Positions 1 through 9,386 of a stretch of 64,000 nucleotides of DNA are shown here, in pieces. A program made the position numbers and the translations under genes. Origin of the DNA: Bacteroidetes bacterium ADurb.Bin145. Its GTDB lineage: Bacteria; Bacteroidota; Bacteroidia; Bacteroidales; VadinHA17. The notes under the pieces were generated by a model. It worked only from the letters and a program-made list of their open reading frames with translations, ran no database searches and was not told where the DNA came from. Position 1 is the stretch's first letter; each line of letters starts with the position of its first letter. Location of the stretch: positions 68,695 to 132,694 of the forward strand of contig MWDJ01000004.1 in NCBI GenBank assembly GCA_002070505.1. Reading direction: 5' to 3'.

Positions 1-132
1 TTTAATCTCACTTCCCCTCGATAATATTTTGATCTTCGGAAAGAAACTCTGTATTTTATCAAGCAGGGAATTATTTGTACCTAAAAAGACAACAGGATCT
101 ATATCCTCAAGAAAAATTACTATCTCCGTCAT
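1..132 (-). CDS. PhoH-family ATPase, N-terminal fragment (gene runs off left edge)
   Basis: Minus-strand ATG at 132..130 opens MTEIVIFLEDIDPVVFLGTNNSLLDKIQSFFPKIKILSRGSEIK and stays open to base 1. It resembles N-termini of Bacteroidota PhoH-like proteins from memory. Too short in-window for the ORF track. Confidence 0.45.
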   Translation of the reverse strand, partial: MTEIVIFLEDIDPVVFLGTNNSLLDKIQSFFPKIKILSRGSEIK

Positions 133-248
133 TAATTCAGGAACTGTTTAACTTACTTATCCCTTCTGTCTGTTAACCTTATTCCTGCATGGTTAATAAA
201 AAAGTATGCAGGAGCACTGCAAAGTAAGTTTATTTTTCTTTAGAAGAT

Positions 249-256
249 TATCTTTG
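249..256 (+). promoter_or_regulatory. Bacteroidota sigma-A -7 motif TATCTTTG
   Basis: Matches TAnnTTTG, 18 nt upstream of ATG 274. Confidence 0.45.
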
Positions 257-273
257 TCTTATGTTTTTTCCCT

Positions 274-1068
274 ATGAAATTAATCACACTTACAACCGAA
301 TGGAAACCTGATGATATATATCAGGGGATCATTAAGGGGAAACTCTGTTCATTATGTCCGGGGGCTGCAATAGTTGACAACGCAAACAGCATTCCTGCAT
401 TTGACATCCTTCATGCTTCATTTGTTATAAGGAATACATTTGAACAATATCCGGAGGGCTCAATACACATAATATGTGTTCATTCTGAAGCTATGAAGGG
501 ACAGGATCATCTTGCAGTCAGATCAAAAGGCCATTTCTTTATAGGTACTGACAATGGCATTTTTAACCTTATCCTTAATACAGAGCCCGATGAAGCTGTA
601 AAATTAATCCATAAGCCGGGAAGCGATGAACTTGATGTGTTTGCAAAAGCTGCTGCCGATATTGCCGCCGGAAAAAAGCTGTCTGAGATCGGAAAATCAG
701 TCAGCAGAATAAACGAAAGAATACCACTCAGAGCCACTATCGACAAAGATGTTATAACAGGAAGTATAATTTTCATTGATTCATACGGCAATGCAATCTC
801 GAATATCACAAAAGAGCTGTTCCGTAGGGTTTTCGAAGAAAAGGAATACCGGATATATATTCAGAGTAATAAAAATCATACCGATCATATTGTTGAAAAA
901 TACAGTGATGTGCCTGTAGGAGATATGCTAGCGCGGTTTAATTCCCTCGATCTTCTCGAGATATCGATAAATGGTGCCAATATATCTGAATTACTTAGTC
1001 TCAGTGTTGGCTCCGTTCTGAGAATTGATTCTATCAACAGGACAGTCCTGCCTAACCGTTTGTTTTAA
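274..1068 (+). CDS. SAM hydrolase / SAM-dependent halogenase family protein (DUF62)
   Basis: 264 aa. N-terminal LITLTTEW..DDIYQGIIKG..., GTDNGIF and FIDSYGNAISNI motifs are typical of DUF62 (SAM hydroxide adenosyltransferase). TATCTTTG promoter motif lies upstream. Confidence 0.7.
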   Translation: MKLITLTTEWKPDDIYQGIIKGKLCSLCPGAAIVDNANSIPAFDILHASFVIRNTFEQYPEGSIHIICVHSEAMKGQDHLAVRSKGHFFIGTDNGIFNLILNTEPDEAVKLIHKPGSDELDVFAKAAADIAAGKKLSEIGKSVSRINERIPLRATIDKDVITGSIIFIDSYGNAISNITKELFRRVFEEKEYRIYIQSNKNHTDHIVEKYSDVPVGDMLARFNSLDLLEISINGANISELLSLSVGSVLRIDSINRTVLPNRLF

Positions 1069-1081
1069 AATTCCGTATGTT

Positions 1082-1864
1082 ATGAATGAAAAGGAAAACA
1101 GTGCGAAAGAATTTGAGAGGCTGCTTACAATTATGGATAAACTCAGGGCCACATGTCCCTGGGATAAAAAACAAACCTTTGAATCACTTCGCAAGCTTAC
1201 AATTGAAGAGACTTATGAACTGGCTGAAGCAATCTATTTAAATAAGGATGAAAAGATCAAAAAAGAGCTTGGAGACCTGATGCTTCATCTTGTCTTCTAT
1301 GCAAAAATCGGGTCAGAGCGGGGCACATTCTCCATATTTGATGTTCTTCAGGGGATCAACGAAAAGCTTATTTACAGGCATCCCCATGTCTTCGGTGATG
1401 TAATAGTTTCAGGGGCCAGTGAAGTTGAGGAAAACTGGGAAAAGCTAAAAATAAATGAGGATAATGGCTATAAGCCGGTGTTATCCGGGGTGCCTGCCTC
1501 CCTTCCTGCAATGATAAAGGCAAACAGGATACAGGAGAAAGTCAGGGGTGTCGGTTTTGACTGGGAAAATCGTGAACAGATATGGGATAAGGTCATTGAA
1601 GAGATATCTGAACTTAAAAGGGAGATAGCTGATCATGACAGGGAGAAGATCGAATCCGAACTGGGAGATGTGATGTTTTCACTTATCAATGCTGCCCGGC
1701 TCTACGATATTGATCCTGAAGCTGCACTTGAAAAAACAAACAGAAAATTTATTAAGAGATTCAATTATCTTGAGCGGGAGACAATTACCAAAGGTATCTC
1801 TCTCCATGACATGAGCCTTGACGAGATGAATGTTATATGGGAGAAGGCAAAAAAAGAAGACTGA
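1082..1864 (+). CDS. mazG: Nucleoside triphosphate pyrophosphohydrolase MazG
   Basis: LRATCPWDKKQTFESLRKLTIEETYELAEAI plus a second EExxE/D half (ELGDVMFSLIN). Start moved to ATG 1082 (MNEKEN...), because the track start 1025 overlaps the upstream gene. Confidence 0.85.
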   Translation: MNEKENSAKEFERLLTIMDKLRATCPWDKKQTFESLRKLTIEETYELAEAIYLNKDEKIKKELGDLMLHLVFYAKIGSERGTFSIFDVLQGINEKLIYRHPHVFGDVIVSGASEVEENWEKLKINEDNGYKPVLSGVPASLPAMIKANRIQEKVRGVGFDWENREQIWDKVIEEISELKREIADHDREKIESELGDVMFSLINAARLYDIDPEAALEKTNRKFIKRFNYLERETITKGISLHDMSLDEMNVIWEKAKKED

Positions 1865-1865
1865 G

Positions 1866-2711
1866 CTATGCAAAAACGTAACTCAACAGCTGGTAAATAA
1901 TTTTCGCAGCGACAAAATCCGGAGCCTTATTCACTGGGGAAGGACACATCTCGACAACGTCAAAACCGACAACATTTCTTTCTCCTGCTACGGTCTTCAG
2001 GAAATGCATAAGCTCATAATAAGCCGGTCCACCCGGTTCAGGCGTACCTGTTGAGGGCATAATGGAAGGATCCAAAACATCAAGATCGATTGTTATATAA
2101 ACGTTCCCGGTCAGCAGATCCAGCGCCTTTTTATAAAGAGTTTTATCGTGAAAAAGATCATGCGAGTAGAATATCCTGTCCTCTCTCACAAACGGGAGTT
2201 CATCCTGCGACATACTTCTTATCCCCAGCTGCACAGCCGGTACCATTTCAGTGATCCTTGCCATTGCACAGGCGTGGTTAAGAGGCGAACCTTCATATTC
2301 CTGTCTGAGATCTGCATGTGCATCAAGCTGAAGAACAGTGAGATCATCATAATGATCTGAGAATGCTTTAACTGAGCCGATACTGACTGTGTGATTGCCA
2401 CCAATTATAACGGGGAACTTACCATCGGAAAGGATCTCATCAGTCTTCTTATATACCTCGTTTACAAGCTCTTCGGGAGAATTCCCCACAGCAACCGGAG
2501 GAATTGTATGAATACCTCTTTTATGGATCGATGAGCGCGTCTCAATATCATAAAATTCGAGGTTTACCGAGGCCTCCATAATTGCGTCAGGGCCTTTTTC
2601 GGCACCTCTTATCCACGTGCTTGTGGCATCATAGGGTACAGGAATTATTATAACTTCCGATACGGAATAATCATAAATAACCTCTGCCCCGCCAAAGTTC
2701 ATGATTTTCAA
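1866..2711 (-). CDS. speB: Agmatinase (arginase/ureohydrolase family)
   Basis: 281 aa with ureohydrolase Mn-binding motifs GGNHTVSIG, DAHADL and ITIDLDVLDPS. The size fits agmatinase. Confidence 0.75.
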   Translation of the reverse strand: MKIMNFGGAEVIYDYSVSEVIIIPVPYDATSTWIRGAEKGPDAIMEASVNLEFYDIETRSSIHKRGIHTIPPVAVGNSPEELVNEVYKKTDEILSDGKFPVIIGGNHTVSIGSVKAFSDHYDDLTVLQLDAHADLRQEYEGSPLNHACAMARITEMVPAVQLGIRSMSQDELPFVREDRIFYSHDLFHDKTLYKKALDLLTGNVYITIDLDVLDPSIMPSTGTPEPGGPAYYELMHFLKTVAGERNVVGFDVVEMCPSPVNKAPDFVAAKIIYQLLSYVFA

Positions 2712-3277
2712 GTAGTTTCCGAATCTGATTTTTTCTTTCTGGTCCGGGTCGAGGGTTTGTCAGAAGGATTCTCCGTCATCTTTGATACTGTGGATTTCTT
2801 TTTACCTGTTTTTGCCGGAGCAGGTTTTTGTTCAGCAGTCTGCTCTGTAGTATCTAAAGGGGTTTCGGTCTTCTCTTCCGGCTTTTCAGGTTCCTCCTTT
2901 ACAAGAAGTTTAAGTTCGTGCAGTATATTGTACCAGTGAGCGATCTTCTTTATGTCGCTCACATAAACCTTCTCCCTGTCGTATTCGGGAAGAACCTCAG
3001 AGAACCATTTCTTGAGATTTTCAGGATTTGATTTAAAATCCACCGCCGGTCCGCCATTCTGCTTTTCAAATATCAAATCAAATACCCTTGAGAGGGAAAT
3101 ATCTTCCTTTTCAGTGAAAACCGATATCTCATCCAGGGAACTCACTTTTGCTGATGCAAAAGCACTGCTTCTCTTCTTTGTCTCAAGATGCTCAACAATT
3201 ATGGCATTTTTCCCCTGGGCAATAAACCTGAACAGTCCGGATTCGCCGGAAATTGATAAAATATCCTTTAAGACCAT
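2708..3277 (-). CDS. DUF5606 domain protein with Lys/Thr/Glu-rich C-terminal tail
   Basis: N-terminus MVLKDILSISGESGLFRFIAQGKNAIIVEHLETKKR matches the Bacteroidota DUF5606 pattern. 4-nt overlap with speB suggests an operon. Confidence 0.6.
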   Translation of the reverse strand: MVLKDILSISGESGLFRFIAQGKNAIIVEHLETKKRSSAFASAKVSSLDEISVFTEKEDISLSRVFDLIFEKQNGGPAVDFKSNPENLKKWFSEVLPEYDREKVYVSDIKKIAHWYNILHELKLLVKEEPEKPEEKTETPLDTTEQTAEQKPAPAKTGKKKSTVSKMTENPSDKPSTRTRKKKSDSETT

Positions 3278-3341
3278 TTTGATTCTTTTGTGTGCAAATT
3301 TAATTGTTGTAATTTAATGTCAGATTCATTATCTGTAAAAT

Positions 3342-4070
3342 CTAAGGAATATTACGTTCTTTTTTGATCTTTTCATATGCTTCGTTCACTTTCCTGAACT
3401 TCTCATCAGCACTCTTTTTAAAATCATCGCCAAGATGGCTGACCTTATCAGGATGATATTTCATTGCCATCCTCCGGTAAGCCTTTTTTAATTCTTCATT
3501 ACTGGCAGAACGCTCAATTTCAAGTATTTTGTAAGCAGAATCCGTTTCAGGGATGAACATATTCCTTATTGATATATAATCGGAATCGGAGATTCCTGTG
3601 TATCCGGCTATCTTTTCGATAACAGCCTGTTCCTGCTGATTTACATTACTGTCGGCGATCGATACGCCGAAGAGGAGATGCATAAGCTGCAATCTGGATG
3701 AATAATCCATATGACCGGAAATCTGACGGCAGATATCCTGCAAAGGTATGTTCTGCTTAAGAATATCCCGCAGCATGATTGACGCTTCGGCAGCTGATTC
3801 TTTTCCGAACTGTCTTACAAGATACTCTTTAACATAATCCAGTTCTGATTTCACAACCTTGCCGTCAGCTTTCATCACTGCTGCTATAAGCACAAGGAGG
3901 CTGACTCCGAATGCACCGGGAGTGGTACCCGTCCTTCTTTCATAAGTTGAAGATGTCTCTGTTGAAGTACCGTCCACAAGAGAGCCGACCAGGAATCCCA
4001 GCATACCCCCGATAGGGCCTCCCATTACCCATCCAAGTCCTCCTCCGATCCATTTACCGAAACGTCCCAT
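3342..4070 (-). CDS. djlA: DjlA-like co-chaperone (Gly-rich membrane anchor, TerB-like domain, C-terminal J domain)
   Basis: Gly-rich N-terminal membrane segment. C-terminal J domain carries [15 protein letters not shown] (HPD motif). Confidence 0.7.
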   Translation of the reverse strand: MGRFGKWIGGGLGWVMGGPIGGMLGFLVGSLVDGTSTETSSTYERRTGTTPGAFGVSLLVLIAAVMKADGKVVKSELDYVKEYLVRQFGKESAAEASIMLRDILKQNIPLQDICRQISGHMDYSSRLQLMHLLFGVSIADSNVNQQEQAVIEKIAGYTGISDSDYISIRNMFIPETDSAYKILEIERSASNEELKKAYRRMAMKYHPDKVSHLGDDFKKSADEKFRKVNEAYEKIKKERNIP

Positions 4071-4077
4071 AACAAGC

Positions 4078-4686
4078 TTAAGAATTCAGATGATTAAGGA
4101 TATCTTCGTGTATTTTCAGGATCGCCGGAATTATCATTTCATTTTCCGAGTTGTTTATAACGTAATCCGACATTCTTATTCTGGTCTCATCATCCATCTG
4201 ATTTTTAATCCTGTCCATGACCTGCTCTCTTGTAAGTTTGTTCCTGAGAGTCACTCTGGCTATCCTTTCCTCAATGGGTGCAACAACAACTGCAATGCGG
4301 TCAACAAGTGAAGAAGCTCCGCTCTCGAACAAAATAGCAGCTTCCATGATAACATATGGCGCATTCTGGTTGTCAGCCCATTCCTGGAAGTATTTGAAAA
4401 CCAGTGGATGAACCAGAGCGTTGACCTTCATTAGTATTTCTTCGTTATTGAAGATAATGGAGGCTAGCTCGTTGCTGTTCAGCACTCCTTCAGCATACAT
4501 GTTTTTACCGGTTATCCTGTTAATCCCCTTTATGATATCAGGATGATCATTCATTATCCTTCTGGCCTCAGGATCGGCTGAAAAAACAGGGATACCCAAT
4601 ACTCTGAAAACCCTGCATACGGAAGTCTTGCCGCTGCCAATGCCCCCGGTGATACCAAGCTTCATATTTCGCGCCTTTCCCTTCAT
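4078..4686 (-). CDS. coaE: Dephospho-CoA kinase
   Basis: P-loop [13 protein letters not shown] near the N-terminus, about 200 aa. An alternative start at 4665 (MKLGITGG) is plausible. Confidence 0.9.
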   Translation of the reverse strand: MKGKARNMKLGITGGIGSGKTSVCRVFRVLGIPVFSADPEARRIMNDHPDIIKGINRITGKNMYAEGVLNSNELASIIFNNEEILMKVNALVHPLVFKYFQEWADNQNAPYVIMEAAILFESGASSLVDRIAVVVAPIEERIARVTLRNKLTREQVMDRIKNQMDDETRIRMSDYVINNSENEMIIPAILKIHEDILNHLNS

Positions 4687-4758
4687 CTGTACACTCGTTG
4701 ACGGATTATAAAAAAATACAGTTCACTGACTGTATAATGACACATTATTACCGTCAGG

Positions 4759-5217
4759 CTAATTAAAAGTAAAAAACAGGGTATCAGGTTTTACTCCGGA
4801 AATCTTGCAGGGAGACTTCAACTGTGAATTAAGATCAGAGATCATTCCGGAAGTTACCAGGTAGTAGGAGGATACTGACTCATTCCCGCTAAGTGGTTTA
4901 TAAATAACCTTTGAAAAATCAACCACTATTGGCGATCTCTTGCCCGACAGCTTCAACTGAAGCATAGAATATCCCGGGCCTTTCATATAAAGGTTTAACC
5001 TGGAAGGCAGACCATCATCCAATGTTTTGTTCTTTGGAGGATTGATGTAGGTTACCGGATATTTAATATCTGCCTCAAGGTCTTTGCCAAGCGAGTTCAG
5101 ATACCAGAATACAAATGAAAGGAACAGGAAAAAAGCAAAAACGATAATATTCTCCTTCAGGGTTGCCGGTCCTTTCTTCTGATGTCCTTCCGTCCTTGTC
5201 AAATCCTTTTTGGTCAT
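4759..5217 (-). CDS. YbbR-like domain membrane protein (short form)
   Basis: N-terminal TM helix followed by one beta-rich domain. It occupies the conserved position between yajC and coaE in Bacteroidota. The family call is by synteny and is weak. Confidence 0.4.
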   Translation of the reverse strand: MTKKDLTRTEGHQKKGPATLKENIIVFAFFLFLSFVFWYLNSLGKDLEADIKYPVTYINPPKNKTLDDGLPSRLNLYMKGPGYSMLQLKLSGKRSPIVVDFSKVIYKPLSGNESVSSYYLVTSGMISDLNSQLKSPCKISGVKPDTLFFTFN

Positions 5218-5239
5218 CTCCTGGAAAGATTACAGGGTA

Positions 5240-5566
5240 TTAGTTCTGATCGTCGGCGGAAGGATCCTTCAGCAGGGCATTTTTATCTACTTTAAGCTTG
5301 ACATCGCCTCCTGCATCCATCATAATGTAATTGTCCTTTACCTCAAGGACTCTCCCATACAGACCACCGGTAGTAATGACTTTATCGCCTCTCTTAAGGG
5401 CGTTCCTGTAATTGTTCATCTCTTTCTGCTTTTTCATCTGCGGCCTGATCATGAAAAAGTAAAAGATTACAAAAACAAGCACCAATGGTAATAATGTCAC
5501 CAGCGGATTTGTTTGTCCTGTTGCAGCTTGCTGACCCAGGATGGTTAAAAAGGATAAATTGGTCAT
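5240..5566 (-). CDS. yajC: Preprotein translocase subunit YajC
   Basis: 108 aa, single TM, IRPQMKKQKE and GDKVITTGGLYGRVLEV motifs. Confidence 0.9.
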   Translation of the reverse strand: MTNLSFLTILGQQAATGQTNPLVTLLPLVLVFVIFYFFMIRPQMKKQKEMNNYRNALKRGDKVITTGGLYGRVLEVKDNYIMMDAGGDVKLKVDKNALLKDPSADDQN

Positions 5567-5617
5567 TGTAGTTGTTGTTAGTTATTAATAATATAATTCT
5601 GTTCTGGTGTAATTAGT

Positions 5618-6052
5618 TTAAATGGTGCTTAATACTTCAGCCATAATCTTCACTATCACAACCGGAGTTGATGCATTTGATTGGATAGTGATAGTCTTTG
5701 ACTGCATCCCGCTATAACCTGCAGTGTTAAAAATAACCTCCAGTGTACCGCTCTTACCCGGAGCCAGTGGCTTTTTATCATACTTAGGAACAGTACATCC
5801 GCAGCTTGTTGATACTGAATTAATAACAAGACTGCCATTACCGGAGTTAGTATATGTGAAGAAGCATCCAATTTTTTCGCCGGCTTCAACTTTTCCGAAA
5901 TCATGTTCATATTCAGTAAAACTGATAACAGCTTTAGCTGTATCAGAAAGTTCAGTATTCTGGATATTACTGCTGCTATTATTTGATTTACCTGTGCAGC
6001 CTGAAGTTATTGCTAAACTGAAGATTACCGAAATTAATAATCCTGTTCTCAT
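5618..6052 (-). CDS. DUF1573 domain lipoprotein
   Basis: Lipoprotein signal (LAITSGC). HDFGKV...G...FTYTNSGNGSLVINSVSTSCGCT is the DUF1573 signature. Confidence 0.8.
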   Translation of the reverse strand: MRTGLLISVIFSLAITSGCTGKSNNSSSNIQNTELSDTAKAVISFTEYEHDFGKVEAGEKIGCFFTYTNSGNGSLVINSVSTSCGCTVPKYDKKPLAPGKSGTLEVIFNTAGYSGMQSKTITIQSNASTPVVIVKIMAEVLSTI

Positions 6053-6085
6053 TTGTATATTACAAGTAATAAAATCCTGACAAAA

Positions 6086-7051
6086 TCAATCACCGGCTTC
6101 AGGAGATTCTCCTACAAGCCCTCTTCCATATTTATTAAAGAGTTTCTTTTCACGTATTTCCCTGACAATATTATCAAGAATTCCATTGACAAATGTACTG
6201 CTTTTTGAGGTACAATAATACTTTGCTATCTCAATGTATTCATTAAGTGTTACCTTCACGGGTATTTCCGGAAATTCAAGTATCTCGGTTATCGCGAGCT
6301 GCATCACAAGGATATCCATAAGTGCTATTCGCTCAACCTCCCAGTTGGTAGTATTATTGTCAATAAAATCAGAGCATTTAGCAGAATTCAGTACTGCTTT
6401 CCTGAATAAAAGCTTTACAAATTCCTCATCTTCCTGGTTCTTGAAAAGAGGCATAAGACCAATATCTTCCTTTGTTTCTGCCTTGAACTTCTTTAGTGTC
6501 TTCTCAACCATCACAGTTACATAATCCATATCATCGTTCCAGTAGATACTTTGTTCTTCCAGACAGTTAAGAAGATCCTCAGAACCGGAAAATAATTCAA
6601 TTATAAGTTTGATTATGAATTTCTTATCAGACTGAAAACTATGATCATCCGAATTCATGTATTCTGAATAGTAATCCCATGAAATCATCTTATTGTATAA
6701 TATCCTCGGAATGTGAGAGTAATTGACCCAGGAGAGTTTAGCTCCGGTTACGTATTTCTTAAAAGCAAGATTATTTCTTAACTTGTTAATTATCTGATTG
6801 TCAATAAAACGTCTGTTAGGATTCAGGTCTGTGTAGGTAGGCATTTTTTTCTGAAGCGCCCTTTCGATCTTATCAGTAGCTATATCGGCTATTTCGAGGA
6901 TGAGAAGCAAAAGATAATGATAAAGATCGTAAGTCTTTCCTATACTGAACATCAACTCTTTTTCAGCTTTGACAAGATCGTTATCTTCCCGTCGGTTATA
7001 AGCATAAAGTGCCATCAGGGCTTTTATGCGTAATAATCTCCTGCTAATCAT
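6086..7051 (-). CDS. nusB: Transcription antitermination factor NusB (long Bacteroidota form)
   Basis: RRLLRIKALMALYAY N-terminus and C-terminal NusB core (VERIALMDILVMQLAITEIL...INEYIEIAKYY...FVNGILD). Conserved nusB-DUF1573-yajC synteny. Confidence 0.85.
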   Translation of the reverse strand: MISRRLLRIKALMALYAYNRREDNDLVKAEKELMFSIGKTYDLYHYLLLLILEIADIATDKIERALQKKMPTYTDLNPNRRFIDNQIINKLRNNLAFKKYVTGAKLSWVNYSHIPRILYNKMISWDYYSEYMNSDDHSFQSDKKFIIKLIIELFSGSEDLLNCLEEQSIYWNDDMDYVTVMVEKTLKKFKAETKEDIGLMPLFKNQEDEEFVKLLFRKAVLNSAKCSDFIDNNTTNWEVERIALMDILVMQLAITEILEFPEIPVKVTLNEYIEIAKYYCTSKSSTFVNGILDNIVREIREKKLFNKYGRGLVGESPEAGD

Positions 7052-7078
7052 CTATAAAGAACCTTAATTTTCAAGGTG

Positions 7079-7086
7079 CAAAAATA
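7079..7086 (-). promoter_or_regulatory. -7 motif TATTTTTG upstream of nusB
   Basis: Matches TAnnTTTG on the minus strand, 28 nt from the start at 7051. Confidence 0.45.
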
Positions 7087-7169
7087 CTCTTTTTCCCTTA
7101 CCGGCAAAACAACTTCAGAAAAAACCTGGACATTTCCTGCCCTAGGTTTTGATTTGAAAAAATAATTGT

Positions 7170-7177
7170 TACATTTG
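7170..7177 (+). promoter_or_regulatory. -7 motif TACATTTG upstream of the DUF3276 gene
   Basis: Matches TAnnTTTG, 40 nt upstream of ATG 7217. Confidence 0.45.
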
Positions 7178-7216
7178 ACAACATGAATTAAACCCCTAAC
7201 ATTAACTGACTTAGAA

Positions 7217-7615
7217 ATGGAAGAAGAAAGTGGAATTAAAGAAGATGTAAACGGGAGTGAGGACAAGAACCAGAAGGATGAGATTTTCACTAAAGTAGTC
7301 CGTGCCGGAAAAAGGACATATTTTTTTGATGTGAAAGCCACCAGAAAAGAAGATTATTATCTTACGATCACTGAAAGCAAGAAAAGACTTGGTAAAGAAG
7401 GAAAGATATTCTACGAAAAACACAAGATCTTTCTGTACAAAGAAGACTTTGAGAAATTTACCGATGGATTAAGGGATGCTGTGGACTATATTGGCAATGG
7501 CAGACATGAAGGCAAAGTATCGGGGACTGCGGTTGTTAGTGAAAGCGAGGGAAGTGAAGCTATTACAGCCGGAGAGTTCACGAATATTGAGTTTGATGAC
7601 CTTGGTAAGAAATAG
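7217..7615 (+). CDS. PUR-alpha-like DNA/RNA-binding protein (DUF3276)
   Basis: FTKVVRAGKRTYFFDVKATRKEDYYLTITESKK is the DUF3276 repeat signature. Confidence 0.75.
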   Translation: MEEESGIKEDVNGSEDKNQKDEIFTKVVRAGKRTYFFDVKATRKEDYYLTITESKKRLGKEGKIFYEKHKIFLYKEDFEKFTDGLRDAVDYIGNGRHEGKVSGTAVVSESEGSEAITAGEFTNIEFDDLGKK

Positions 7616-7641
7616 TCTGCAATGCGGAGAAGTATTTTGGA

Positions 7642-8121
7642 ATGTCTGATTATTTCCTCCTCATATTAGGGATAATTCTGATGCTGATAGGTATTATCGG
7701 CTGCCTTGTACCGGTATTGCCCGGGCCTCCTCTCAGTTATCTGGGTCTGATAATGCTGCACATAACACGGTTTGGCCAATTCTCCCCTACTTTACTTATT
7801 GTAATGGCTGCGATAACAATTATCGTTTCTGTTCTTGATTATATTGTACCTGTCTGGGGAACCAAGAAATTCGGGGGATCAAAATATGGTACCCGTGGTG
7901 CCGCTGTCGGACTTATAATAGGATTATTTCTGGGTCCGGTCGGAATCATCGTAGGTCCTCTCATTGGCGCTGTCGTTGGAGAGCTTATCTTTAAAGATGA
8001 CATGAAATATGCCGTCAGGGCAGGTTTCGGAAGCCTCCTTGGATTTCTGACAGGTATAGGACTGAAGCTTGCAGCTTCATTCGCAATGACCTTCTACTTT
8101 GTCAGGGAATTAATAACTTAG
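7642..8121 (+). CDS. DUF456 family membrane protein
   Basis: 159 aa, about 4 TM helices, Gly-rich helices (GLIIGLFLGPVGIIVGPLIGAVVGE) typical of DUF456. Confidence 0.65.
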   Translation: MSDYFLLILGIILMLIGIIGCLVPVLPGPPLSYLGLIMLHITRFGQFSPTLLIVMAAITIIVSVLDYIVPVWGTKKFGGSKYGTRGAAVGLIIGLFLGPVGIIVGPLIGAVVGELIFKDDMKYAVRAGFGSLLGFLTGIGLKLAASFAMTFYFVRELIT

Positions 8122-8146
8122 GCGACGAAGACCAGTAAAATGCGGG

Positions 8147-9154
8147 TTAAATACCGGAACCCAAAGTAGCCACCATTACAGCCTTGATAGTGTGAAGCCG
8201 GTTCTCAGCTTCATCAAACACTATGGAAAGCGGTGATTCAAAGACATCTTCAGTAACTTCCATTCCATCGAGACCGTATTTCCTGAATATCTCCTCTCCT
8301 ACTTTAGTTTCCCTGTTATGAAAAGCAGGCAGGCAATGCAGGAATTTTACCGATGGATTACCAGTCATCTTAATTACCTGTGAATTAACCTGATATGGCT
8401 TCAGAAGTCTCACTCTTTCCTCCCAGACTGAATCAGGTTCTCCCATCGAAACCCATACATCAGTATATAAAAAATCTGCACCTCTTACAGCATCAGCGAC
8501 ATTATCTGTTATTGTTATCTTCGCTCCTGTCTCTTTTGCAATGGTCCGGCATCTTGAAACCAGGTCATCAGACGGTTGATATTGTTTTGGCGCTGCTATC
8601 CTGAAGTCAGTACCAAGCTTGGCTGATCCTACCATCAGGGAATTTCCCATATTGAACCTGGCGTCACCAAGATAGCATAATGCGAATTTATCCGGAGCTT
8701 TACCCGAGTGTTCGATCATTGTCAGAAAATCAGCCAGTATCTGAGTAGGATGAAATTCATTTGTAAGACCGTTCCATACCGGCACACCGGCATATTCAGA
8801 TAGCTCTTCAACAATTTCCTGTCCGAAACCGCGATATTCAATACCATCGTACATTCTACCAAGAACCCTGGCAGTGTCTTTCATTGATTCTTTACTCCCC
8901 ATTTGGGAACCGGTTGGTCCAATATACGTAACATTAGCCCCCTGGTCATAGGCAGCAACTTCAAAGGCACATCTGGTACGGGTTGAAGCTTTCTCGAAGA
9001 TAAGAGCTATATTCTTCCCTTTAAGATACTGTTTTTCCCTGCCTAGCTTCTTTGCGTTCTTTAATTCAGCAGATAGATCAAGAAGATATTTTATCTCTTC
9101 CGGTGTAAAGTCAAGTAACTTAAGGAAGCTTCTGTTTTTAAGACTGATTTTCAT
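8147..9154 (-). CDS. argF: Ornithine carbamoyltransferase (a putrescine carbamoyltransferase cannot be excluded)
   Basis: [21 protein letters not shown] and HCLPA motifs. 335 aa, downstream of carbamate kinase. Confidence 0.85.
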   Translation of the reverse strand: MKISLKNRSFLKLLDFTPEEIKYLLDLSAELKNAKKLGREKQYLKGKNIALIFEKASTRTRCAFEVAAYDQGANVTYIGPTGSQMGSKESMKDTARVLGRMYDGIEYRGFGQEIVEELSEYAGVPVWNGLTNEFHPTQILADFLTMIEHSGKAPDKFALCYLGDARFNMGNSLMVGSAKLGTDFRIAAPKQYQPSDDLVSRCRTIAKETGAKITITDNVADAVRGADFLYTDVWVSMGEPDSVWEERVRLLKPYQVNSQVIKMTGNPSVKFLHCLPAFHNRETKVGEEIFRKYGLDGMEVTEDVFESPLSIVFDEAENRLHTIKAVMVATLGSGI

Positions 9155-9160
9155 AGTTTT

Positions 9161-9210
9161 AAGTATAAAGTACTTAAAGTACTTAAAGTGCCTAAAGTAC
9201 TTAGAGTTAT
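9161..9210. repeat. Tandem array, about 5 units of 9 bp (AGTACTTAA, contains the palindrome AAGTACTT)
   Basis: AGTACTTAA AGTACTTAA AGTGCCTAA AGTACTTAG with degenerate flanking units. It lies between the argF start and a TACATTTG promoter motif. Confidence 0.85.
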
Positions 9211-9224
9211 TTAATATAAAGCTG

Positions 9225-9232
9225 CAAATGTA
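9225..9232 (-). promoter_or_regulatory. -7 motif TACATTTG upstream of argF
   Basis: Matches TAnnTTTG on the minus strand, about 70 nt upstream of the start at 9154. The 9-bp array lies in the predicted 5' UTR. Confidence 0.4.
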
Positions 9233-9263
9233 ATAAAAAGTTAAAAATCCTGTACGTTGAGAA

Positions 9264-9294
9264 ACATCCCCCTAACCCCCTTCGAAGGGGGAAT
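9264..9294 (-). repeat. Conserved hairpin module (ATTCCCCCTTCGAAGGGGGTTAGGGGGATGT on the minus strand), copy 1
   Basis: 16-nt perfect palindrome CCCCCTTCGAAGGGGG (9276..9291). Near-identical module at 59413..59444 on the plus strand. Confidence 0.85.
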
Positions 9295-9302
9295 TTGAAC
9301 GA

Positions 9303-9386
9303 TCACTACTCATCACTCACCGCTCACCGCTCAGCGCTAATCTCTCATCGCTTTCTGCCCCCTGCACCCCGCTCCCCGCCCCATGC
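9303..9386 (-). repeat. Heptamer array, 12 units (sense strand GCGGTGA/GCGGGGA-like), G-rich on the transcribed strand
   Basis: Plus strand TCACTAC TCATCAC TCACCGC TCACCGC TCAGCGC TAATCTC TCATCGC TTTCTGC CCCCTGC ACCCCGC TCCCCGC CCCATGC. It abuts the arcC stop codon. Confidence 0.9.

Noticed and set aside
1025-1081. Longer MazG start at 1025
   Set aside because: It would overlap the upstream gene by 44 nt and add a non-conserved hydrophobic leader. The MazG homology begins after the Met at 1082.
7048-7423. 97-aa and 70-aa minus-strand ORFs over the nusB/DUF3276 divergent region
   Set aside because: They overlap promoter motifs and run antisense to the DUF3276 gene. Their Ser/Phe-rich low-complexity products are spurious.
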